Origin: Amphiscolops sp. MND2022
Taxonomy: Eukaryota
Reading direction: 5' to 3'
Length of the DNA: 64,000 nt
Assembly (NCBI GenBank): GCA_964187785.1
Contig: OZ076409.1
Span: 1,674,001 to 1,738,000 of the forward strand
The position numbers were made by a program, and so were the translations under genes. Shown in pieces: positions 13,063 to 26,386 of this stretch (position 1 is the first letter of the stretch; each line of letters begins with the position of its first letter). The notes below the pieces were generated by a model. The model worked only from the letters and a program-made list of their open reading frames with translations, ran no database searches and was not told the origin of the DNA.

Positions 13063-13594
13063 GTGAGTACTGATGACTACTCGCTACACTTGATATTATA
13101 CAAGACGCCCGCTAAGCACCAGGATATTTTCCGCCTTCACCAACTGAGCCATGGCTATTTTGGAACGGGGAATAGGATTTAAAGTATGAGATCTAAAATT
13201 TAGTGATTTTAGATCTTATTCCCTTCCTGAAATTTTATATCTTATTCCCTTTAGATCTTATTCCCATTTCTGACTTGAGATATTATTCAGGATTATTCCT
13301 TCTAAGCTGTTTTAGTTACTTGACTATTTTAGTATTTAAAATAGTCAAGTAATGAAAGAGGTCGATGAAGAAACTGGGAGAATTTGAAAAAAATGAAATG
13401 TGTGGGCGGAAAATAATGTATTTTCATGTATTAGTATATACCAAAAGGCCGTATTTCTCCTCAGTTGCACGAATTCTTTTGCTGGTTTCATGTCGGAGAA
13501 TCAGGGTTGCGGCGTTTTAAACAAGCTTGTTTTAAACACGTTTCGAACAGGTTTGAAACTTTGTTTTAAAAACAACTGCTTTGTTGGTTTTAAA

Positions 13595-13745
13595 CGGTGG
13601 CAGGACAAAATAACCAAAGTCGAAATAGCCAAGGTCAAAATAGCCAATGCCAAAACAGCCAAAGTGACACTATAACATTGGTTATTGTCACGTTGGCTAT
13701 TTTCGCTTTGGTTATTATGACTACGGATATTCTGACATGTAACCG
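13595..13745. mobile_element. Small foldback MITE built of 15-bp aaaatagccaa units
   Basis: CGG...CCG ends, units inverted about the centre, TTTTAAA on both flanks. Confidence 0.55.
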
Positions 13746-14588
13746 TTTTAAACACCCTCCTTGATTGATTTCATTGCTGAAGCGTGCGATCATTCAGTCT
13801 GATTTCAAAGAACGAGGTCAACTATTACGTGATGTATCAGATGATGGGAACCTTCCTTCTGAAATGTGCAATTTGACTTGCAAATTGCAGAAACTTTCAC
13901 CCAGCTCCGCTGGTCTGCAGCAAATATTTAGCACAATGGGATTCATCCAAACCGATTTGCGAAATCGACTTTGACTGGAGAAACACATTCATAACACGTG
14001 TGCTTTTAAATTGATGTTTTTTTTGTTTTAACCCTAATAAACCTAGTGGTGCTTTAAAGCAGGCTACCTTTTTTCCAAATTCTGATTCCTTTTGCCAGTA
14101 GCCCATTTTCTCTAGCACAGTTTTTTTTCAACAAGTAATTTCTACCTAGATTGATTTGAATGGCACAAGTATTAGAAAAAGGGACAATGCTTGTCAAAAG
14201 TTGAGAAAAAAATGTTTTTTTTACACAAAAACCAGTTTTGACGAAATTCAGTTTTCTCAAAAGTCTTTGATCAATAGAAAAACCAACCACTTATCCTTCC
14301 ACAGCAAGTCCTGGTGCAACAAACCCCAATATTATTCTGTTGTTACTACAAGCATTACACCAAATGTTTAGCTTCGTGCTTTGAATTTAAACCCCAGAAA
14401 TCTTTTAATGTCGCGAGTGATGTCAGAAGTATGTTGAATTATTTCCGCTATTAACTTCCATTTCATCAAGCATGTGGTTCCAAGATAACCGAATAGTAAT
14501 CGGTAGAACTCGAAGCAGGGTGGCTGATTTGGTGAAATCCATCAGCACAGTGCACAAGGCAGCTGGCCAAGCATACTTCCGAGACGAT

Positions 14589-15338
14589 TCAATACCTGCA
14601 ATCTAATAGAAGGCACTGCTTACAAATAGAATCGCCGACTTCATTAGTCATGCCAAAAAACTTTCGAAAATTTACGTTAGGACGGGGCTGCAGTTCGATG
14701 GGATACTCCATTGAGGAGACACGATTGCACTTGCGACAAGTAGCATCATCAACTGATGGGTTCGGGATGTGGTTGGAATTGACGGGTGGCGTGTGGCGGC
14801 TCGCAAAGGAATTGGACGAGGCAGCGAAACATGAATCAGTATCACTTTCAGAACATTGCTTTCTCGAAGATGATTCTTTTTGAACAAACGAACGACAAAA
14901 AGTTTCATTTGCAGCAAAAACAAATGGTAGATCAACGCTGTTGTCTTCATCGTAAAGCAAAGTGTTTGGAGATGGAACAATGTTTACAGCAACATTTAGA
15001 ACTGGCTGAAAATGATCAACACTGAGGTGGGAAGAAGGCATCTGGTGCAGAAAAAAAATGTTGGAAGCTGCTGTGGACGGGAAGACAATGGAGAATAACA
15101 GCCAGTTATGCGTCAAATCTGTGTATACAATTATATGCACGTCCAAAAGGTCACAAGTTGCTTTAATTTCCACATCAGAGGCATATGTGCCTCGTGTCTC
15201 CATGGAAGTGGCTTTCAAATAATCGAACCCATTAGTATGCGGAAATAGGTCTTCGGCCGATACCTCATCTGCAGCAATTACAGAACAAATCGAAGCTCGC
15301 AGTAACTGACTGTTTAACGTAGACCTCGAAATACATAA
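14589..15338 (-). pseudogene. OTU-like cysteine protease domain fragment followed by CxxC pairs, probably transposon-derived
   Basis: M...GTYASDVEIKATCDLLDVHIIVY...HFQPV matches the OTU C-terminal half; the catalytic Cys region is missing where HINE-A sits; no introns. Confidence 0.6.
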
Positions 15339-15763
15339 AACAAGCCGGGACCGGCCCAAGTCGGCGCCGTATCTAAGGCTCAAAAATAGCAAAAGGACTT
15401 CAGTGTCAAAGTATTCTCTTCTACAGCTCCCAAAAAACCCCAAAGTTGGACCGAATTGGTGCGCCAGGGGGGATGCTTTGAGATTTTTCATCCATTATGT
15501 CGCAAATCATCAAAAAACATTAAAGGGGTGAATTTTTTTGAAAAAAGTCGCACAATGACGAAAAAACTGAAAAGGGACCCTTCAGTCTAGCCCGTATATG
15601 TTACGCGCAAAAGAAGAAAAAACGGTTTTGGTTCAGTTCCCTGGGCCAACAGTTAGAATTTAAAACTTTAAAGAAATTTTAAGAACTATTTTCGTCACTT
15701 CAGGAGTATCGAAAAAAAACACTGACGAAAAGCCATGACTATAGTCGACTCTTTTCTTAAGAA
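15339..15763 (-). mobile_element. HINE family A copy, 5'-truncated
   Basis: AACAAGCCGGGACCGGCCCAAGTCGGCGCC end and conserved internal blocks. Confidence 0.72.
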
Positions 15764-16089
15764 GAATGGTTTACCGAATTCTTCTGGTTTACCGAAGAAT
15801 GCAATAACTTTCGAGGTAAGTAATGGGAAATTACGGCAAAATCATCGGAAAAAGTCCAAACACTCAAAAAAACATTTGCAATTTCGGTTCAAACAACGGA
15901 GCCTAATTTGAATTGCCTTAGAAAGTAGCAACAAAGAAAATAGGAACAATGTGATTAACACAGAGTCGTTGTCTTTTTTCAGCTAAAAACGAATACCCGA
16001 TAAAAAACGAAAATACATGCATGTATTGCGTATGAAATGCAAGTCTGTGGTGTAAAATTTAAATTTTTGACAAGCTGAAGCATTCCGTG

Positions 16090-17900
16090 AAACCAAATCA
16101 CCGAATGAACAAATCAATTAGAATATCATTGCCTCGACTTGGGAAAGTTTAAACGAAAAAAGATATATCTAGGTGATCATGTACTTTTTCAATAGCGTCT
16201 TCTACTTCAACCAACTCATGAAACCGTGATTGGTAAACAACAGGGCAATGTCGTAAAACTGGGTTACAGTAAACATTTATGATGAAAATTGAACACAGCT
16301 GTTTCAATAAGTGATATGAACTTTAGCTACTAAATGGGGCGGAAATTCTTGTAACAATTCCTCATACACGTGCAGACATTCGGCGCGGAAAAAAACAAGG
16401 TTTGCACAGGCGACACAGCGAAAAAGGATCATGTAGCAAATCAGAATGCAGATTTCCCCACGCAATTCCTAGTACTCGATCGGACGTAACTTTGCAATAA
16501 GCGCAAACAAGTAAACTGAAATTATGGATATAATTAAGGTGGAGAAATATTTCCCAGCCACGCTAGAGCGTTGACCAGAGTTGAGCTCATTATCCGTGGG
16601 AACGATTTAAATGCCTTTGACAACGAATTAGATACAGCGACGTCCTTGAAGTTAAAGTACAATTGTTTTGAATACTTAAAAACTGTACACACGTTATTTG
16701 TTAGTAACAAAATTGCTAGCCTGAAAAACAATGCAATAGCTGTTATCGTGTAATAGAAAAAGCAATTGCAAAATCATTTCCAGATTTTTAATTCGCTAAA
16801 ACTAATTTTAAAAGTTTTCACTGTAACAAATCAAATAGATTCGCACTTCAAAATTGAAACAACTCAAGTTTCCAACAGTGGACTAAGTAATAAATGTCAA
16901 AATTAAGTAAAACAAACAATTTGTTTATCAAAGGTAGCTACATACAAAGGAAAGGGGAACAAAAACGACACTTCAATGAAGGAGTACTGGATAACATTTT
17001 GCAAAAGCAAACCACTTTATACTCGTTTCTAGTGCAAACATTCACTGGGCATCTGCTAAGTTTTTTTGACAATGTAGTTAATATATCCGTACCCACGATT
17101 ACTCAAATGCACTCAGTCGTTTGCGAAAATGCCCTTGTTCATTAACTTCGTGCTCGTTCCAATGAACTCGTTCGAGCCGAATGCAACAGCTATTCGGTGA
17201 ATACTGCAATTTAGAAGATGAATTTGGTCATAGCTCGGCAACAGTCGTTTTGGTAACCAAAGGAAATATACTCGAGCATCGGGGTTGCGATCTCTGATAA
17301 TGGATACATTTACTATTCTCTGTGTAATTAAAAAGACACCCGTAGCTTCCCTCATGATTTAGTTAGTCGGCGCTTTTCGTAGAAAACGCAGACTATTGCC
17401 GTGACTTCTTTTTTTTAAAGACCAACGAAGTGACATATTTTATAAGCTTTACAAGCTGACTTGCACTAACACTAACTGCCACACTACTTCTACTGGCACT
17501 TCAGATAGAGGTTAATTAGGCTTCTTCGAGGTCATTTTCGGCACTATGCAACTTACCGGACACCAAAAAATTGAAAAAAAATTATGAAGTTTCGATAATT
17601 TTTTTTTCAATTTTTTCCTCATGCGGGTACTGTAGAAGAGAATACTTCAAACTTTGAAATCGTTTTGCTATCTTTGAGTTTTAGATATGGCGCCGACTTG
17701 GGCCGTTCCCGGCTTGTTAAATATTTGAGACTAGACCATTAGCCACGAACATTAGGACGAACTTGGTGTATTGATTGATGTTGACAATTTCTATAAACGC
17801 TGGTTTGTCCTCAGACTGACAGCCTGACACAGACAACACATCGCATTGTGGATTGCGAAAATGTCTCATCAGTCAACTGCTGATTACAGTGACAGTTATT
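16090..17900 (-). mobile_element. Degenerate L2/CR1-type LINE 5' region: ORF1 SGNH esterase and AP-endonuclease remnants
   Basis: Minus-strand peptides VTVISS*LMRH..SVSG..VLMFVANGL, PDARVYFLWLPKR, D*VHLSNRGY (SGNH blocks), and IINVYCNP...FPSRGNDIL (APE); many stops; split by HINE-A. Confidence 0.55.
17365..17718 (+). mobile_element. HINE family A copy
   Basis: Same termini as 11340-11826. Confidence 0.75.
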
Positions 17901-18404
17901 TTCGTGTTGCCTCGGAATATACCCAAATGATTGACCGTTAGTTTTAACTACATTCTCAGTAGCTGCCATTTTCTAAAAAATAGAAAAATTAGATACCTCT
18001 AAAATGGCAAAACAATGAAAAGCATGGAAAACTCTTAAAACATGTAAGTTAAATTGATTTGAATAGTCGTTTTTTATCAAGAATACGCGGTAAATTGAAA
18101 GTTACCATTAAGGCTGACTCTGAGAAAAACGTCAAGTACCATAGAAGAACCCGGTTCCTACTCACAGTAACGCTCACAGTTGAAGTAGACAATAGTCATG
18201 TGAAAACAAATTCCAAGCCACGCTAAGGCGTCGACTGGAAACACTAGTACCCAAGCAGTTGCAATTACCAAGTAACGCTTGGGCGTGAGACTGTTAGTAG
18301 TCAGAAACTAAAATTTTACAATTTTACACAAAAACAACGTTTATTAGAGCAACCTGGTACGTGATCATTTCAAACACTCTAACCGTTGAAACAATGGGAA
18401 CGGC

Positions 18405-19215
18405 AATTTAAGCAAGCAAGGTTGGATTATGGCTCTAAAACGTTTTGTTATTCGTCGTGAGAAACCCAATAAGATCATAAGCAACAACGGCAGTAACTTT
18501 ATCGGTGCGAGAAATGAACTGTTGAAAATACAAGCAGCCCTTGGCAAGTCTAATCAAAGCGAATCTTTCAAAATGTGTTTGAACCAACAAGGCATTGTGT
18601 GGGTAGCAATCCCTCCACGTGCAACTCCTTTTGTTGGAGTGCCGGAGGCAGAAGTTAAGAGCATGAAACGCCATTTAGGGCGTGTAGTTAGATAACAAAT
18701 ATTAAAGTATGAGATTTTCATCAACTAAATAGAAGCAATTCTTACCTCAAGACCATTGTTCCCAAAGTCAAATGACCTCAATGACTTTCACCTCTTACTC
18801 CTGGACACTTTTTGATAGGTGATTCCATGATTTCTTTACTACAAGGAGATGTTATCAATAGCAATCAGCGATTCAAATTACTTCAAAAGATGTATCAAGA
18901 TTTTTGGAAATCGTGGAAGCGCGATTATCTAATTGAACTCTAAGTTCGCAAAAAAGGGGCGATTAAAGGTCCACAGCTTGCAGTAGGTGACTTGGTTTTA
19001 ATCGCTGAAAACAATGAGACACCACTTATGTGGAAAACTGGTCAACAGACAAACTGGGGGTTGTTAAACTTTTCGAAGGTAATGATGGTATTTCAAGAGT
19101 TTCAGAGTTAAAGACAATTACAGGGAATTGCGTCCGACCAGTATCAAAGTTACGAAAGCTCCCACTGGATCCTGTTACCAATGGACAGGGCACAACTACT
19201 TCACCGAATCCTTAG
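18405..19215 (+). mobile_element. BEL/Pao integrase C-terminal remnant
   Basis: ALKRF..R.KP..IIS.NGSNFIGA, EAEVKSMKRHL, LTPGHFLIG, FWKSWKRDYL, VGDLVLI, RPVSKLRKLP; frameshifts and stops. Confidence 0.88.
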
Positions 19216-19633
19216 AGAAGTTTTATTCAAAATGATTATTTACGAGTTTCCAAAATTCGCATGAATCAACTACACCAAAAAAGTTGCCCTAAATGACCCA
19301 TTTTACTCTTCAGCAGGGTTTACCCAATCATTCGCTTGCAAATACACCCCTCTTCAAAATGGATATAGATTGAAGTCTTTTACTATTGTGCATTCTCGAC
19401 TTAATGCCTACCAAAAATGCTTTATTTTTTAAATCGAAAAACAAGTTATCTCAGATCAAAAATTTGATGGTTCACTCCAGTTTATCCGATCTTATTGGTT
19501 GAATGAACCCTAGCTAGCTTTTTGTTTCATTCCATTGTTATGATATATCAAGATTAACATAATTTTGTTTCATGCTTACTTTTATTCTGTAATGTTCTTA
19601 TACCCTTTACGACTCTTGCCCACAGGAGTTCTG

Positions 19634-20436
19634 TCAGAAGCCAATTTTCTTTGACATTTACACCATTCATCGGATATATTCCGCTCCACAGAGCAAATAA
19701 AGCTACTATTGGGTTGCTCTACTTCGGTCCACACTGAATGCAGGAAACCGTATGGAAAATAATCAGTGGCAACCCGGCTTAACGACAGTCCAAAAAATCT
19801 GCGCAGCTCTTGTTGGCTTAAAGCTTTCCTTTAGGCGAACAGTTCCAGAGTGTGCTGTTCTTCCCACCCTTGCTTCTCGATCAAGCTCCTGAGCCAAACT
19901 CGATAAGGCACAGAACATCCACAGTTTTCTCCCAGAGATGTGTGTGACAAATGAGTTCCCCTCCTCTTCCAGATCAGGGTGAAAGGCTCGGAAGCTTAAC
20001 TTTTCCACGAATATTAAATCTCCTAAACGTTCGGACCTATAACTCTGATGCATCCATCGACGATGAGAGGAAACTGAATTTTCACAACTGATCTTACACG
20101 GGCAGGACTCTCGTCGCATTTGTTGACATTCAGACCTCCCCATGATGAGGGAATATCATCAAGGGAAAGTCCTTTCAGATTCGCTAGATCCTTGTCACTC
20201 AATATTACCACTGATTTCTGAATTACAGCCCCTTCCAAAGGGTTATCCTTTCCTTCCTCAATGGTTTTCGATTGAACACGGCTGAACTTCCGCTCTGGAT
20301 TACAAAGAATTGCAACAACATTCTTGAAAGACAGCAAATTGGTGACTGTAGTATTTCTTCTGTTTTTTTCTTGGATTGAGGAAAGAGTATTCAGGAACTC
20401 GTCTACTTCGTCCAGAGAATGAACGGTTGGCATCAC
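19634..20436 (-). pseudogene. Intronless JmjC-domain (2OG/Fe(II) dioxygenase) pseudogene
   Basis: LIFVEKLSFRAFHPD...HISGRKLWMF...VVKPG[fs]YFPYGFLHSVWT gives the HxD...H triad and the GxKxW motif; frameshifts near 20030 and 19767. Confidence 0.75.
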
Positions 20437-21592
20437 GATGAACGAGTACAGTCATTTAAATTTAAAATAATGATTAAAATAAATTCAAAATGTCCTGGAT
20501 GCCGAGAACCTAAACATATGAAATTACTCCTGTATAAATGTCCTGTATAAAATTAGTCATATCTCATTCATTGACAACTTCATGCTTTTCCGCTTGATTC
20601 GATTGTTGTTCACGTTTCACACTCTCTTCATTCACTCAACAAAAAGCAGTGCTTTCAAAAAATACATGGAGTCTCGGTCACACATTCATTTACAATTTCT
20701 CAAGTTCACAAGAGCACTGACGAAAAAAAACACTGAATTGGCCTTTGTTGACAAAACAAGAAAATGTTTCAAGAAAACAAAGCAGTTTAATATTTAAAAA
20801 GGGTAGTGTAAATAAAATCAGACACATTGGGTATTCAAAGACAATTAAGTAAAACGAAAATCATTCCAACACTTTTTGCTGTAACTGGGTGTGTCGATTT
20901 CATTTTGGAACTTCTCCTTGACGATTTCTATTGTTTGTGGATATTCTTCAGTTTGGTCGACTTGAACACCTGATTGTCCCAAAGCATCTTAGTTCAGCCT
21001 ACTATGTCTGCGATAGCAGGAATAGTATTTGAATCAGAATTATTCAACTTCAGCATTCCTTCTCCCAAGAACCATCCTAAACACACTGATGCGTCGTATG
21101 GGACCTGTGATACTTGAAAAAGGATTCAGATTGATATCAAGTGGTTTTAAGATGGAACACAAGGTGTAACAAAATGCTAAAGGTACAATGGAAGTAACAA
21201 AATGCAAATGTAACAAACAATTTTTTCAACAACAGATAGCAAACCAACTCATACAGCTGAGTTGTTCGGCTTTTTCAAGAATTGCAGTTTCGTATTTACA
21301 GCAAAGAACAAAATTGTAACAACTTCTTTAAAAAACGTAGACGCAATTCAAACGTTACAAAAATGATTCAATAACCCACCGATAATACAACACAATAAAA
21401 TCCACCGAGTCAAACAGCTAGTTTTTGAAATCACTTTTTTGTCTGCTGTATGCAGTTTTACACATTACGTTCACAAGACACAGCTTCTGGGTAATTTCAA
21501 GAGGCAAGTCCACACTGGATTTTATCCTGACTAGTTGCTGTTTGTATATTAAGTGGTTTCGTCTTCGAGCCACTAGCTTGAGGCAGCCTCCT

Positions 21593-21787
21593 TCAGTGCA
21601 CAGGAACTTTTTTTGTTTCTAAGCAAATATCAGAGAAAGTTGATGCGCTAACTTGCACAATGCTTAAGTTTTTGTGCTGCGTGGTCACATGACGCAAAAG
21701 GTGATTTCTCGTGACCTTCTTCTGGCAGAGGAAGCACGGAACTGCTCCACTGAAACAATTGTCAAAAGTGCCAAGAAGTAGTTCCAA
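21593..21787 (-). pseudogene. C2H2 zinc-finger fragment
   Basis: CFLCQKKVTRNHLLRHVTTQH (CxxC-x11-H-x4-H). Confidence 0.5.
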
Positions 21788-22398
21788 GCGGATTTTCTAA
21801 GTAAGTGTTAAACTAACTCTCTCCACGTATCTTGCTTCGATTTGGATGATGTGTTGCTCTGCAAACTGACACGCAGACACTTTTCTCAAAAAATTGATCC
21901 TGCTTTGTTTTCGACGGGACAGATGAAAATAAAGATTCCAAAAAAACTCATTTTTTTGTTTCCTGTTCTTGGCTCGCATTTATTTTGCTGGGAGCTACTC
22001 AGTCTAAAACATATCAAACTGCTTTATGTGAATCTTTTTTTTCTCTTAAAAAAGTTGAAGACTCTCACCCTGCTACTGGCGTTTCTCCAACTTTCCCTTC
22101 ATCGGTTGCGTTTTCGGTGAGTTCGGAAGAAGAATCGTCCGAATATGTCTCGTCGTAGTCTGGCTCGCTGTTTGCTTTCTCATTGGTTCATTTTCAGTGC
22201 AGTTTTCATTGGAACAGTGTTCAATAATTTGACCGGACTTCCCTCCGCAGTCTGCCTGTCCCATTCCTCCTGAGAAACTTGTTCCACCTCAACTGGCAAT
22301 TGGTCTCTAAAATCCAAAGTTCTTGGGTATTATTATGTTTGTATAAAGGACAGGAACAACCAGCTTGTTTAAGTATGTTTGTGGTATATGAGTCTATC

Positions 22399-22857
22399 CA
22401 GAGGTGTAAAAATTTATTATGTATTGCAATATATTGCAATTAAATACAATTAATATATTTATTTAGTTGGAGCAAAAATACAATATATTTATTGAAATAA
22501 GGCAAATATTGTCAGAGTTCTACAATATATTGCGCAAAAAAATTATTGCAAATTACAAATAAAATTTCATATAATATGCTTTTTAAACGGACTAGAAGTG
22601 AAAGACTATCAAGGGAGAAATTCACTAAGCTGTTCGCTAATTTCGAGAAAGTAGTCTTTCTTTATACAAATAAACAACATTGGGATGTTTGCCTTGTAAA
22701 TGAATGTTTCTCTGCCCAATAAAATAATTCACAATCTATTGTTTTCCTAAAATATTGCAGGACAATAAATACAATATATTTATTGCTGAAATTGAATCAA
22801 ACAATATATTAATTTTTTTTCAAAAAATATATTTAAATACAATATTTCACACCCCTG
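22399..22857. mobile_element. hAT-type MITE
   Basis: CAGAGGTGTAAAAAT / ATTTCACACCCCTG TIRs; exact 8-bp TSD AGTCTATC (22391-22398, 22858-22865). Confidence 0.88.
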
Positions 22858-24007
22858 AGTCTATCACATACTGTTCGTCTTCTTCGTCTGAGTGTTGGAC
22901 GGCAAGTATTTGCAGCTCCAGCACAAAACTCTTGCAGCGCAATTTTCCAGATCCTCGTCGTTGTTGCTCGGGGGTTTCGTAGCTGAACGTCAATTTTTGT
23001 CTTGTACGATTCAAATTATTTCGGAGTTCTGTTTGTTCAGCGATCAACAAAAGCTTTTCACAGAGTACGTTTCACGATTTATTCGTTCTCCTCTACAGTT
23101 TGTAATTCTTCCTCGCTGTCCCACAATGCATCAAAATTCCTAAAGAAGCAATTTTTGATAGTGTTCGTTTTCCTATACAGCTCCAGTGCCAACTCCTCAT
23201 CTCGAATCTATGGAAGTCTTCACAGGTGTTTCTCAACAGCTGCAGGTGGCGAGAGTGTATCGTCGCCATCCAACAAAACGAAGCATTGAGAAGAAGTTGT
23301 TGGTCTACGAAACAATGTTTCCTCTCAAAACATTCTTTTGTAGTTTTCGTTTTAGCCATATATTTAATAAAATCCAAAGGAATTGGGTCCAAACGAAACA
23401 AGTAAAAAAAAACTCACGGCACGGTTCACATTGATTGAGTGATCATTGACCGAGTTTAATTTTTTCCTTAACCGCACACCCTCACTACAAATAACTGCAA
23501 ATGTTCAAGGAGATTATTTAATTGAGTATTAAATATTTCAAAGAACCATCACAATCCGGAAAAGGTTGACTTTTGTTAGTCAACTATAAATTTGCATTGC
23601 CCATGTTTCGAAGAAAAAGCTTTAGGAAATTTTCTGGCAATCATTTGACATTCATTGCTTTTTTTGTAGTCAATAATTCCTTTATTCTTTCAATTGCAGA
23701 AGGTCCGATTATATTTTCAAATTTTTTCATCAATGTCTTTATAAATGATATTGGATTCTGTCAGAATTTATTCGGAAGACTTATTCATTTATGGGGTCCC
23801 TAAATCAATTCAATTCACAGAACACTAATTGAAGCGAAGTGAACAAAATACAAACAAGCAGTATGAAACTTTTTTTGTTCAGCCAGCAGGAGGTAGCAAT
23901 ATTATGTATCCTTATATACTGTTATAGTTCTAGCCAGATGGCCCAGTGGTTAGTTCCCCTGCAATCATAACTGAGGGATTCGATTCTCGCGAGGCCCTTG
24001 ATTTTTT

Positions 24008-24471
24008 AGTCGGTGCTTTACTTGAGAAAAGAGTCGACTATAGTCATGGCTTTTCGTCAGTGTTTTTTTTCGATACACCTGAAGTGACCAAAATAGTTCT
24101 ACCAAAAGTTCTACAAAATCTTAATTGTACCTGTTGGCCCAGGGAACTGAACCAAAAAGATTTTCCTTTTTTCTGTGTAACAGACAATACCGGGCGAGAT
24201 TAAAGTGTCCCCCTCCCCTTTGAGTTTTTTTGGCATTGTGGGCTTTTTTCGAAAAAAATCCCAAAGGGTTCCCCTTCATTTTTTTGGAGTTTTGCGACAT
24301 AATGGATTTTGAAAAATCCCAAAGGGTCCCCCTTTCAGTTTCGGCATTGTGCGACTGTTTCTAAATTTTTCATCAAAGTGTCCCCAATTAACCAATACTT
24401 TGACATATTGAAGTCCTTTTGCTATTTTTGAGCCTTAGATATGGCGCCGACTTGGGCCGATCCGGCTTGTT
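24008..24471 (+). mobile_element. HINE family A copy
   Basis: AGTCGGTGC...GAGTCGACT 5' palindrome; GCGCCGACTTGGGCCGATCCGGCTTGTT 3' end. Confidence 0.78.
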
Positions 24472-24676
24472 TAAATAATGACTAATTGTCACTATGCATG
24501 GGGGATCACTGCATTCGCAAACAGCGTAACCCCAAGATTTCTCGCTATGTAGGAGCTTAGCTGGTACTGCTTGTTTTTAAGGTCACAGGCGGACCCCAAG
24601 CTCATTCCAATAATGCTTCCTGTCCAAGTATGCGCAAGTAACCGAAAAATATACATCACCAGATAATGTACCAGAG

Positions 24677-25829
24677 TAGGCGTCGGCGGTCCGGGAAATT
24701 TCAAACTCGGTCCGGTTTCGGTTCGGTTCGGGCCAGAAAATCGGTTTTCAACTTCGGTTCGGTTTTTAAAAGTCTACCCTAGTTCAGAATGCCGTGAAAT
24801 TTTGTTTAGCACATGAATAAAATGCAGGATAATTTTTAGGGAAACATAGAAAAATCAAGGACCCTGCATGGAAAATTTTGTAAAACTTTCCTGCATCTTG
24901 GAAAATCTTGAAAAACTTCCCTGCATCTTAGAAAAACTTGGAAAACTTCCCTGCATTTTGTAGAAACTTGGAAAAATTAAGCATTGACAAAAAAATTTTG
25001 AACGAAATTTTTCGTATTTTTTGATCTCTCATCTTTTTTCCCACAAAATTTAGTTCTCTCAAAAAAGTCCTCATCTCGGAACCTAATATAAGAGCTGAGA
25101 AAAAAACTGAATCGCAATCAATATAAGAAGTTGGAAAAAACTAGTGAAAATCTACAATACGGTGAATCAGACATTATTTTAGTAATATACAGATTTTTTA
25201 GATCTTATTCCAGTGATACGAATTTGTTTACCACACTGGCACATGTAGACTATTTGTTTACATCATATTGTAGCGTCTGTGCTCACAAAATTTGAGGTTT
25301 TGCCCGTGTAAACTTGCAAAATTTTGCGGGGACTTTGTTCTTTGATTTCCTTGATTTTGCTCTGAAAACCCGTCAAATTGTATAGAAATCCTAATAAATA
25401 CCTGAAGAAATAGCATTGCATCAGGGAAATATTTTGCATAATTGATTGTCTATGAAACTCCCAAAATCATGCTGAAAGTGATTGGTAGCCTATGAAATCA
25501 TGTAAAAGTTTCAAGCAGTTTCGACTAGGGTAAAATCTGTAAGTTTAAAATCGAGTGTTTGGTGGAAGAATTTAATTGAACCTGTGAACCAATGAAACTG
25601 GTGGGTTGATAATTGATCAATGAAAAAAACGGCGAGCAGCAGTGGTTGTTAGTTGTTCTATTTCTAAGAAATGCAAGATTGTATGCTGGGATATACGCCG
25701 CTATTTCACAACACCTTTGTTAATACCGAGTACATGTAAACCGAACCGAATTGAATTTTCAGTTTTCGGTTTATATACGAGTCGGTTCTGTTTTCGGTTC
25801 GGTTCGGTTCGGTTAACCGCCGACCCCTA
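24677..25829. mobile_element. hAT-type non-autonomous element
   Basis: TAGGCGTCGGCGGT / ACCGCCGACCCCTA TIRs, subterminal TTCGG repeats, exact 8-bp TSD TACCAGAG. Confidence 0.9.
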
Positions 25830-25978
25830 TACCAGAGAGATAAGAATTTAGTGTGGCTCATGAATGCCAACCGTTTTTGTCCCCAGATTGACTTTTTCTT
25901 CGAATGAGAAAGAAAATACGGCCTCCATTTTTGCTGCCCTCGAAAGCAACAACATTACAATGTGCAACCCCAATTTTT

Positions 25979-26386
25979 AGAAGTCGACCACTTATGCAAT
26001 CGTGTCGTTTTTTCTCCCGACCTTTCAATGAAAATTTCTCGAATACTGTGCATACGATTTTTATAAACTTTAGTCATTCTACACCCAAAGGTGCTTCTGC
26101 GTTCGCAGTGACGTCAAAACCTTATGACTGGGTTTTGAGTAATTAGTCGAAAAATGACTTAAAACTGTCATTTTTGGAATTTTTCGATTTCTCAAAAATT
26201 GTCCATACGATTCGAATGAACTTTTTGTGCAATCTTTCTACACCATACAAGGGTTCTATGTGTGCAATGACATCAAAGTAGTATGAATGGGATCTGAGAA
26301 ATAACGCCAGAATTAGCCCAACAATGACCAAAAAACAACCATTTTAGTCCTTTTTCGACTCCTTTACCGTACCTGCGGCTCTGGCT
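25979..26386 (+). mobile_element. HINE family C copy
   Basis: Two internal units; 3' CGACTCCTTTACCGTACCTGCGGCTCTGG end. Confidence 0.62.

Noticed and set aside
15339..15491. N-terminus of the 300-aa ORF as a real protein start
   Set aside because: It is translated HINE-A sequence fused by chance to the OTU fragment.
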